32,000 bases of DNA from Zygophlyctis sp. KS116 (taxonomy: Eukaryota > Fungi > Chytridiomycota). The position numbers were made by a program, and so were the translations under genes. Where the stretch lies: assembly GCA_054661495.1 (NCBI GenBank), contig BAAFSQ010000072.1, forward strand, positions 10,643-42,642, in the 5' to 3' direction. The notes beneath the pieces were generated by a model that saw only the letters and a list, made by a program, of their open reading frames with translations, made no database searches and was not told the origin of the DNA. Position 1 is the first letter of the stretch; every line of letters starts with the position of its first letter. Positions 1 through 10,167 of the stretch are shown here, one piece after another.

Positions 1-460
1 TGATATCCAATTTCATTCTTGTATAAACCATAATCATGATTGGGCGATTTACTATCCATTGAAATTGGAGCATAATTTTTAAGATTATTATTAAGAACTA
101 TCAAACCGGCCACACTTTTATAATTAGCAATTTCATTTAATAAAAACGTCCAATCATTAGTCTGCTGTTCCCAATCTAAAACCAATACATATGACTCTAA
201 AGACTCGTGTCTATCAACAAACCCATTAAACGACTCTTGTGAATCTACTTTCCATAGAATCCCTTTACTATTCCTGTACTTTCCTTATCATTACCAACTC
301 TCTCCTCACCTTGGCACCCAACGCTCCCGTCTCTGTCATTTAAAAGCCTCACGCAATAAGAATTGAGCGGCACTCCTTGCAATGCCTGTTTCTGAAACTG
401 TAAACTCTGTGCATTTATTAATAAAGTTGCTGCATTAATCAAAATCACGAATATGATCAT
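1..460 (-). CDS. NCSTN: Nicastrin-like gamma-secretase subunit, 5' part (runs off window start)
   Basis: ATG at 460 begins a signal-peptide-like MIIFVILINAATLLINAQ, followed by the nicastrin motif CVRLLN..GSVGCQ. Removing a 26-nt intron (284..309, GTGAGG...ATAAG) opens the frame to the window edge: GILWKVDS...VAGLIVL...SMDSKSPNHDYGLY, resembling nicastrin FSP..CPN..FG.Y. Confidence 0.8.
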
Positions 461-993
461 CAAGACTTTTTAGGGAAAATAATTAATTCCATCTTTGCCA
501 AACTTTCTTGATCTACAGTATGCTTATATGCATTTAGATCCTGTAATATATTTTTAGATAATTCAGAGAGTGAAGGGATTGGTGGATTCTTTATCGGCCC
601 CTTCTTTTTTATTAAATCCAGCCGAACTTGATGTCCCTTTTCCAAGAATCCAAGGATTTTATTTATTTTTATAGCCTTATCATGATTATCAATGTTTGCA
701 GATATTCCCATTCTCTTGATCTTGAGTTGAGAAACAGTCTGTACTTTTTTCGGTTTTTTGGGAGAAACTATGGGGAATTCCTTGACAGTTGGAATTTCTT
801 TTCCCAACGGCGATGATGATGAAACTTGAATGAGTTCAAATCCCTCCTTTAAACTTTTTAATGAAGAATTCAAGTTTTTTAGTCCTAGATCATTGCCAGT
901 ATGTGAAATGAGAAAAACGTTTTTAGCTGAAATATCTGAATTTTTTAAACTGATTTTAGATCTATTCGACGTTGTCAGAAATCTCTTGAACAT
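460..993 (-). CDS. Mitochondrial translation initiation factor IF-3
   Basis: Intronless ORF with ATG at 993 and a basic, Ser/Thr-rich presequence-like MFKRFLTTSNRSK. The IF3 C-domain motif reads NIDNHDKAIKINKILGFLEKGHQVRL. Confidence 0.8.
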   Translation of the reverse strand: MFKRFLTTSNRSKISLKNSDISAKNVFLISHTGNDLGLKNLNSSLKSLKEGFELIQVSSSSPLGKEIPTVKEFPIVSPKKPKKVQTVSQLKIKRMGISANIDNHDKAIKINKILGFLEKGHQVRLDLIKKKGPIKNPPIPSLSELSKNILQDLNAYKHTVDQESLAKMELIIFPKKS

Positions 994-1122
994 TATGAGT
1001 ATCACCTTATCCCTTTGAATTCTATTACTCTTGGACCTATTAGTGCTGTAGACAAATTTGATATTCCTAGAATCCTAGTCTGTGGAGGTTGAGAATATTT
1101 TTATTTTTTTGGAAAAAGGCTC

Positions 1123-1159
1123 AGCGCGCTTGGCTCTTTCAGTCTCTTTCAGTCTCTTT
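1123..1159. promoter_or_regulatory. AGCGCGCT palindrome plus 10-bp tandem repeat (CTCTTTCAGT x2.6) in the divergent IF3/unknown-gene promoter
   Basis: AGCGCGCT at 1123..1130; CTCTTTCAGT at 1134 and 1144 with a partial copy at 1154, just upstream of ATG 1167. Regulatory function is inferred from position only. Confidence 0.35.
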
Positions 1160-1166
1160 GTAGTAA

Positions 1167-4100
1167 ATGCAAGACTCTATCCAAGAAATCAATCTTATTA
1201 AAAAAGTTACAGACTCTATTATTCAAGAATTATGGGAGGCGTCAAGAGATAACGATCCAACAGCTTCGTTTGCTCTACCTATAGAGAAACCATGGACAGA
1301 CCCAGTAGAAAAAGTCAAAAAAGGCAATTTAAGATTCACTCTCAAAGACAAGTCTATCACTCTTAAATCAGCAGATGCGCCGATTACTCCAAAACTAGTA
1401 TCAACAAGAAAAATAAAGAATATTCAGAAAACTCATACTGGGTTTAGAGACAGACTCAAGTCTTCAGAGGAAAATCATCAGGCTCTAAAATTGAAATCTA
1501 AAGATGATACATACATGGAGAATTTGGTAAAGGATGATGAATATTACAATGAATTACAGAATTTTAGAAAAATGTATTGGAATGATTTAGTAGTAGATGA
1601 CTTGCTTGTATTGTATGTTTTAATATTTAAAAAATTAGATCTAGAAAGGATGAACAACCTTTGATAAAGAGTTTCAAAAGGCAGTCTCAAGCTATAAAAT
1701 CTACATCTCCAAAATTAGATAAAGATTATGTAACAAGTGGATTTTATAGGATTGATGATCGTTTATATCCAATGAAAACAAATGAAAAGAATGCAATGAA
1801 TTTTGGAATGGGAGAGGCTGATATTCCGCCAGTTAAAGTTTCAATTCCCTTTTCAAAGTTATCTAAAACATGCCGAGATTATGTACCGCATACTCGGCTT
1901 TCATACGACCCTACAGACTCTGTAAATATCGCAGATTATCTATTCAAAGGTAATGTACCGCATATAGGTACAAGAAGGAAAAAGCAATTTAAAGCCTTGG
2001 CATCAATCAAGGATTCTAAACCTGTTAAAAAGTAAATCATTCGTGTTATTTTCGGACATTGAGCCAACTTGAAAACTTCCGAATTAATCTATAATCATTT
2101 AAATATGAATGCATCACTAGAATCAAATGTATCAAAAGGACACTTTCCACCACTGTCAAGAGAAAAATCGTCGTCATCGTATAAACCAAGAGCGACTGAT
2201 CTTGAAAATCAACAAAATACCAACAAGATTACTTTAAATAATCAAGGGCTCGAAGAGACTCTTACTGGATTAGAAAATATTAAAGAAGGTTTCTAAAGAT
2301 GTTTAATTATAGGCCGTAGAAAATCAATTGTTGATTTTAATCTTAAGCCAAAAACGGGAGTTGACGGCGATCAAAGATTAGAGCCTCTACCTCCAATCCC
2401 TCAATTTAAGCCTATTGATAACACATTAAAGATTCCCCTAAATACGGATTCATCTGTTGCTGAATTTCGGACTTATCAAAAAAACATTATTCATCCAATC
2501 ATAAAATTAACAGCCAATGATAATATTATCTTTCAAGAATTTGAAGTTCTCTGCCATGAAATACTAAGTACTATGGGGGATTTGGAAGCGTCGCTAGAAG
2601 ATATGACGACTTGGAAAGATGATTTTTTGACTCAGTCGGTCCCATCAAACGTCAAGCTTCAGCTAGCAATTCTTTTTGCGAGAATGTTACGATGTAAATC
2701 AGACCTTCATGAGCCGATATTTGAAATTATTACACAAGTTAAACTCTACTCAAAGCCTTGGATAGAAAAAAGAAATGTGATCATGGAATTGGAAAAGGAA
2801 TATCAAAGGTAAATATACCAGTGCATTGATAAAATAGACATACAGCTGTTCTTGATGTAGCGATACGTAAATTAGAATTGATGCAAATTCAGGTATAGTT
2901 GTGAAAATATTGAAACCTAGGCCGATAATATTAAGAGTCAGCACAGAGCAGCATTATGGGAAAGACTCACTGCTCGATTATTTGTATGGTTGATTCAATA
3001 GACTAAAAATAGGATTATCTTCCTACAAGCGAAAACAAACAGAACGACATAGAGTAAGAATTTAGACCTAATTTCAACAGAATAAATAAGATTGGAGTCA
3101 ACAACCTTTTGATGCTTCCGGATATGATAAAAAAAGAGGGAAATACTCAAGATGAAATGTATGGCTCAGAAGATTCCTTAGATAGCGAAAACACAGAGAC
3201 TTCATTCATGTCTATTCGAGAATTTGCAGAATTAAAAAGTATTATAAGAAAAATACTAACTTAAAGGATTAATTAGAAACTATTTGATCGTAGACTCGCC
3301 TAAAGTCGCAAAGCTGAAATCACTTGTTCGTCGATTTGATTTACTGTCAAGAACGTTACATCATAAATATCGAGAAAGAATGGTACCACTTCTAAAAAGG
3401 CCGTTTCCTATACCTTTGAAGCCAAACTATGTATCCTTTCATATCGGAACTATCATTAATCAGAGACACAAGAAATTCCCTGTACCTACCTCATTCTCGC
3501 TGCTTGATCTTCGCAGTTTTAGTGGAGATAAAGAATCTGATGATGATGATTCATCTGAAATGTCCTCAGATGCAGATACTAAGCCAATTTTTAGCGAAGA
3601 TCGGGGTGTTCCTATCCATAAGAGCAATAGCTTCTATGCATTGTATTGTTTGGGCCGTAAGGCAGAACTAAGGAAGCCACTATTCAATAACAAGCTCAAT
3701 ACAAAAGATTCACAACGCCAGAGACGTGTCCTCTCGAAAAGAGAAAAAAGCGGCTGGAATGCCCTCTACAGTTCATCTGATGAATCAGAAACTGACAGAG
3801 ACGATGATTTATTATCAGAAACTGATTCAAATGAATTCTTAACGATGGATGATGTAAAATTAAAAATTAATCTTATTTATAGGAGCTGGATAATCTCAAG
3901 CCGGAAGACCTTCAAGATGCCATCAAATCCTTTTTTGCAAATCATCCAGAAATTCAGCCTCCTCAATTGTAAGAACTCCATAATTAATTAAAAAGAGAGA
4001 AAGACAGCTTGAATAATCAAAACATTATCCATAAACTTGATTCTAAAAAAGATGCATTTTCTCTTCAAGAAGTAGTAGAATTAACTCTTTTGCATGCTCA

Positions 4101-5068
4101 ACAAGTTCACGTACTCCAAAAATTCTATGAGTACTTATTTTTTTGAATTAAAACAAAGGAATAGATTAGATGAAAACGAAAACGAAAAAATGGAGCTAGA
4201 GGCTAAACATGCCCGTGAAGTAAATCAGCTGCAAAATCAAATACAGAATTCAGTTAAAATGCAAAGAGAAGAAGATAGACCGGAGCCACTGAAAAAACGT
4301 CTTTCTTTTGCTGCAACTCGATCAAATTCCATCTCTGCTGCTCATCCTTTTGCACAACCGATACTTGCAAGAGATAATTCAAATTCCCGAGTCAAAAAAC
4401 TAGAGAATGCACCTGAATCTCCTGATTTTAAATTATTAAAGGATTCAATTGCTATTGAGGAAGATTCTGCCTCTGTGAAAGATGCCGTTGAAGAAGCAGT
4501 TACTAAGAAGGAAAAGGTCCATAAGCCAAAAAAGATAAAAATCAAGCATAAAGTAATATTCTGACTTTATCTTATATTTAGAAGCAGAATTCGACACATC
4601 CCCCAATGCTTGGCTTAGGAAAGAATGAAATTAAGGAAGGCGTATATTTATTTTTACAACTAACACATAGTTTTTAGAGAGATTGAGAGATTTTACCGAA
4701 AAGGCATTAAAAAGGCGACAATTGAAAATGCAGAGTCAAATAGAAATTGAAAAAGCCGCAAACGAAGAAAGATTAAAGCACACTCTACTTATCAAAGAAA
4801 ATGATGATTTCGACGATGGAGGAGTTCTAGAAGCAGAATTTATGCCGACCCCGGGATCTTTCAAATATAGAGAGAGCTGGATTGGTAAAGGTACTTGTCA
4901 ATATATTTAATAAAATAGGCTTAATGGTGCCTTGGGGAGGTAGATTTAAAGCCAAACACCCGACAGAAAATAAGGTAACGTTTTGAATATTATTAACTTA
5001 AGAAAATCAATATTTTAAATCTCTTTGATGTATCAATTGCAATTCAAAAACAAAGTTCAGATAAGTAA
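1167..5068 (+). CDS. Uncharacterised multi-exon coiled-coil protein (possibly two genes split near 2035-2105)
   Basis: 14 canonical 24-29 nt GT-AG introns join the ORF fragments. From 2105 they give one open frame ending ...INILNLFDVSIAIQKQSSDK* at 5068. Helical blocks include LFARMLRCKSDLHEPIFEIITQVKLYSKPW and FSLQEVVELTLLHAQQVH. The junction at 2032-2105 cannot be bridged by a canonical short intron. Confidence 0.7.
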
Positions 5069-5076
5069 TACAAGAT

Positions 5077-8053
5077 TTATTTTTTCTTTTTGTCTTTATC
5101 TTTTGTAGCCTCTTCGACTGGACCAGACAACAGAGATCCCCGCTTTTTATTAAGAGGTGTCTTTTCATAAAAGTCCTAAAATATCACCGAATAAGTAAAT
5201 CACCTTGAATAAAGCTTCTTCTTCACCATCAGGGGGAGGCAATGAGATAATTTGATTAATAAATTCGATTGTTTCAAGTTTTTTGTTGAATCTATTGAGC
5301 TAAGTCATTAATCTATGAAACTTAATACATTTTTTAGCCTTCTTTCACTCAGAATTCGATCGCAAATCAATTTAATGATGCCCGAGGCAAGTCCTTCGCT
5401 CAATCGAGTAAGTGCGGTGAAATCTAGTGTGGCAGCTTGCTCGTGTGAAACTTTCTGAGAAATGAACTCTTGCCATAGAAGACGCCTAGATGCGTAATCT
5501 GGCTTTGGAACAAAAATCAGCTTATCGAAAATTGGCACTAAAGCTTTAACATCTGCTTCCCATGGTTTATAGCTTGTTCCGATGAATATCACTCGATCAC
5601 TTGGTGATAGACCCTTGAGACTTTTCAGTAGATCTTTTTTGATCCGTTTGGGGTCAGTCGTATCATCCTTAGGAACTTTTTTTGCGAAAACCATTTCTAT
5701 GTTATCAATGTATATGATAGCTGGACAATGAGCTCGGCCTACTTTAAACGCCATATGAACCATTTTTGTAACATTTGACTTTCCAACGTACTGCTCTGCT
5801 GTGTTTCGTGGTGTTAAATTAAATATCTGGGCCCCAGTCATTGTAGCGATTGCATTTACCAACATTGTCTTTCCAGAGCCTAATGATTACGTTAAAAGTA
5901 CTACCTCTTGGTCCAAAAAACAAAAAGGAGGTTGGTAATTTCATACTTTCTAAATTTTCAGGACTGAGCCCGAATGGTAATATGCATAATTCAGTGATTA
6001 ACTAAAATATTAAAAAACACCTGAAGAATATACCCTTTGAACTTCTCCGAGTGACGGATTGATGACAGGGAGTTTTTGTGTTGAAGTTCCCATAAAATCA
6101 AAATTACCCTTAAATTCGTCAATATTAATGCTTGAATGCTAGATATTATAGATGAAAACATACTTTTTGGAAAATCCCGGCCTTTATAAGTTCCTCTACC
6201 AATGATTCCATTGTTCTATTTGCAGTGATATCCTTCTCCTTTTTTCCCTTTTTTCCCTTTTCCTAAAAGATAAGAAGCGTAAATAGTTACTTTTTTTCCT
6301 TTTTTGCCTTTTCCTCCCTTTTTGCCTCCTAATAATTAAAAAAACTATCAGCTTACCTTTTCCTCCTTTTCCTTTTCCCTTATCTTTTTCTAAAGAAAGC
6401 TTTAAATTTTTAAGCTCATCCTTCAAGATTTCAAATACTTCATTTTTAATCTTTTGACTGTTATTGAAAAGCTAAATACCTCTGCTTCAACTTCTGCTCT
6501 TTTTGCAGTCTTGATTATTTCTTGGTCATGTGTCTGAGCAAAGTTGTCAGAGTCATCTTTAACTAGCCATTCATCATGATACGCCTTATTTCTACGATTA
6601 AATATTTATGATTTACTCTGTAGCTATCTTTTCCAAATATTTAGAATCATCATATTTGAACTGATTTTCACCTGAATCTCCCTATAATTAAGGAATTCTA
6701 TGCCAAACCTCATCTTTGCCTTTCTTTTCTTTACCCTTTTCTTTCACAGCTTCTATTGATCAATTCATCTCAAAATATACCTTTAGGTTCTGTTTTAGGA
6801 GCTACAGTCTCAACTACTTGTGCACCTTCCACTGGTGGAATAAATTGAAATCCTTGCTTTTGCCAAATTTCATCTTCTGGAAATTCTGGAAATTTCCCAT
6901 TTATTCTTTTATGCTCCATATACCATTGTCTAAACGAATCTTGTATTGCTTCTTTCATGTCTGGCCCCTCTATTTTCAAAATCCTTTTTGATTAATAAGT
7001 ATTGCATACTTTTCTTTTATATTGATCAATGCTTGTTGATAATCCTGTTCATATTGCTGCTGTAATACTTTCCTTCTGGCTCTGTTATTTTCCGCCCTTT
7101 TAATGGGATCATTTTTAAGTTCTTTGACGGGAAATTCCATATCTAGGATTAATTTTTATATACATACTTAAGAATAGATTCTCTTCATATCGCATTTTTT
7201 GAACCTTTTTCCTGTCTACATGCCCACGATAACTATTCCAATTTAATTGTAAGATAAATTACACTCTTTGAATATTTTTTGCAGCTTCTGTAACCTCTTT
7301 TTCATCAGCAGCAGTATCCATTTCTCTTTCTCTTTTAGCTTGAAGCCTAACGATTAATACAATGTAATAATATTACCGTATATCCGCCATATATTTTGCT
7401 CTCATCTTTCCTTGCCTTCCTCTTTCATTTAATTGAATTATTTTTATAGCTTCTTCCTGACTCATTATTGGAAAAATATCTAGATTTTCTCCAAATAGAA
7501 AATCTCTGGCACCCAACTCCTCCAATAACTTTTCTCTCTCTCCTATTGTTTTTTCTGCATCTTCTAATATAAATCTAGGGGCTGGAATTCGAATATCATC
7601 AGGAATTAATTTCATGTCCGAAAGTATATCATTATAAATATGCGCATCAGTGAATTCCAAATCAACAATACTCTAAAATCATTAGCATCTTTAGCCTCAT
7701 CATCTTGATCGGCTTGTAATCATTTAATAGATCATCATGATCATATGAAAATACTTACAGCTTTCACTTCAATCAGTCTCGCCATCACAGCTTCAAGTAC
7801 TCTCTTCAACAGTCTTCTCTTCTGGGGATGAATCGTTTGATCGTAACATTCTTCCAGCTTTCTAAAAATCCCAATATAGCGAATATATAGCACAGCCAAA
7901 TGTTGAAAAGCAGAATCTTTATCCTTTGGAACCAGTGGATCTTTGACACTTTCATACTGACATTGATCGGCTAATGCATGATAAGCAGAAGTCCAAGATT
8001 TGTTGAATGTTCTAAAATTATTATAATTAGCATAGCACTTACAGGTTCGACAT
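5077..8053 (-). CDS. IQCA1: IQ and AAA domain-containing protein (dynein regulatory complex subunit DRC11)
   Basis: N-terminus MSNL|TFNKSW; LYIRYIGIFRKLEECYDQTIHPQKR; IQ motif IQRVYRGH; Lys-rich linker; Walker A GPRGSGKT rebuilt across a 25-nt intron; AAA domain in ORF 5308..5865. 17 introns. Confidence 0.92.
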
Positions 8054-8079
8054 TTAATTCCGTAGTGACGTAATAACAG
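8054..8079. promoter_or_regulatory. 26-nt spacer between divergent start codons with a CRE/ATF-like TGACGTAA
   Basis: IQCA1 ATG at 8053 (-) and GPI18 ATG at 8080 (+); TGACGTAA at 8066..8073. Confidence 0.45.
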
Positions 8080-9271
8080 ATGAAACAGGTTTGGCAATTG
8101 GCAATTATTTCTAGACTTTTGGTATTGTTTTTAGCAATTGTATTTGGAAAATTTGGATCTGCTTATGATAACTCATCATCTTCACCATTCATATCATGGG
8201 ATGCTGTATATTTCAAAAAGCTGGCGCTCACAGGCTCTTGGGACTATGAGCATGAATTCGCATTCTTTCCTGGATATCCTCTGCTAGTAAGAGGTTTAGC
8301 TGGAGCTGTTTATATGATTTTAGGCCCAACTCTACCTTGTTCTTGGGATAGTCTGATTCTGTACTGCGGACTAGCAATTTCAAATATTTCATTCATTTTG
8401 GCTACGATAATGCTATATAAACTCTCAAAACAACTCAAAATGTCTGAAAAGTTTTGTCAGTTAACTTGTTTGGCTTATATTCTAAATCCAAGCGCTATAT
8501 TTCTGAGTTCAATGTAAGTATTGCATTATAAATGTTTCTAGGTACACAGAATCATTATTTTCACTTGTTTCATTTTCGGGAATGTACTGTTTTTCAAAAA
8601 AATCGTATTTTAAATCGTGTTTGCTCTTTATTTTATCTGGAGCAGTTAGAGCAAATGGATTACTGTATGCTGGATTCTTTATTTACACCATTATATCAAA
8701 TCGCAAGACTTCAATATATACTGGATTAAAAATGATGGTATATAGTACTTTAACCTTGGTTCCCTTTCTCTCTTTTCAATATCTGGGCAAAAAATACTAT
8801 TGTTTAGAAAATCCACGTCAATGGTGTAATTCACAATTCATTTATTCTTTTATTCAAAAACATTACTGGAATAACGGATGGATGGCTTACTACAAACTCG
8901 AACAGATTCCTAATTTTATAATTGCTTCACCATTTCTAATTTTATCAGTTTATGGAATTACATTGTATATCAAGTCTGATCCAAAACGGTTCATGACTCT
9001 CGGTTATAAATCTCTAAAACATAAAGAACCATACTTGGACTCTCATTTACTACCATACTTTTATCTATGGTCTTTAATGTTATTTATGGTCACAACTCTC
9101 ATGCATATACAAGTAATACTACGCTTTTTTACAAGTCTGCCTCCCCTATATTGGACAATGGCAATAATTTTACAAAAATCATCATTGCAAAGCAGATTAT
9201 TACTATCATATCTGTTGGTATGGTCGCTGGTTGGAATTGTTTTATTTAGTAATTTTTATCCACCAGCTTGA
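8080..9271 (+). CDS. GPI18: GPI mannosyltransferase 2 (PIG-V)
   Basis: Motifs WDAVYF, YEHEFAFFPGYP, NPSAIFLSSM|YTESLF (28-nt intron 8514..8541), YSFIQKHYWNNG, QIPNFIIASP, MHIQVILRF, C-terminal NFYPPA. Confidence 0.95.
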
Positions 9272-9326
9272 CTGCTGTATAAACTTGAATTTTTAGTTTT
9301 AGTGCAAGTGGGAGGATTAGAGTTTA

Positions 9327-10157
9327 ATGAGCAGTTTACAAGATCTGCAGTCAAGGCAAAGAGGAGAAATCAAAGAATTAACTGCAAAGATCACTGCTCT
9401 TCGGAAATCGATTGGAAAAGGAGCCGCCGATAAGAAAAAGAAACAGGAAATCAATGAGGAAATTGTTAAAATGCAATTAGAGTTGAAGACAAAACATGAA
9501 ATGGAACTTTCTGCTCATCAGGAATCAATCGCCACAAATCTAAATGTTTCAGAGTCTCAGGATCTCTCAGGCGATAATAGAAAGGGAAATCGCCAGCAGA
9601 AAAGAAGAGAAAAGAAGGCGATGCTGATGAAGCAGGCGTATGAAGAAGCCAAACAAGAAGCAAGTCAATGCATTAATTATAAAGAATTGGAAGAATCAGA
9701 AATTTTGAATCAGTTGAAAAGTTTGAATCTCAGAGTCAAAGAGGTAATCAGTTGTACTAATCGTTAGATTCAGCCTGATGGGCATTGTTTGTATTCTGCT
9801 ATAGCTCATCAGTTGGGTCAAGATTTTACTTTTAAAGAAATAAGGAGTTTGGCCGCAAATTATTTAAGAAATCATTCAAGTGATTTCATGCCATTTATTA
9901 TGGGGGATAGCGGCGAAATGCCATCAATGGAAGAGTTTATGGATTATTGTCAAAAGGTGGAATTTACTGCTGAATGGGGTGGACAAATTGAGCTTCAAGC
10001 AATCTCTAATAGTTTAAAGAGGGCTATTCATATTGTACAGATGGGATCCTCAATGTTAAAGATTGGTGAGGAATTTAATGATAAACCTCCAATTCTTTTA
10101 TCTTATCATAGGCATGCGTATGGACTTGGAGAACATTATAATTCATTAATAGAATAG
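9327..10157 (+). CDS. OTU2: OTU-domain deubiquitinase (OTU2/OTUD6B family)
   Basis: N-terminal coiled coil. A 24-nt intron (9744..9767) restores the catalytic IQPDGHCLY; also WGGQIELQA and YHRHAYGLGEHYNS. Confidence 0.93.
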
Positions 10158-10167
10158 AATAAAGATT

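Noticed and set aside
6230-6400. Pyrimidine-rich simple repeat
   Set aside because: It is the antisense of the Lys/Gly-rich IQCA1 linker exons.
7673-7758. Hidden micro-exon inside the 86-nt IQCA1 intron
   Set aside because: There is no suitable internal GT donor, and the GC-donor options give exons of 8 or 17 nt that break the frame.
8054-8097. IQCA1 N-terminal extension overlapping GPI18 (ORF 7741..8097)
   Set aside because: It depends on a non-ATG start and read-through of a 31-nt intron (8012..8042); ATG 8053 gives the family-typical MSN..FNK.W start.
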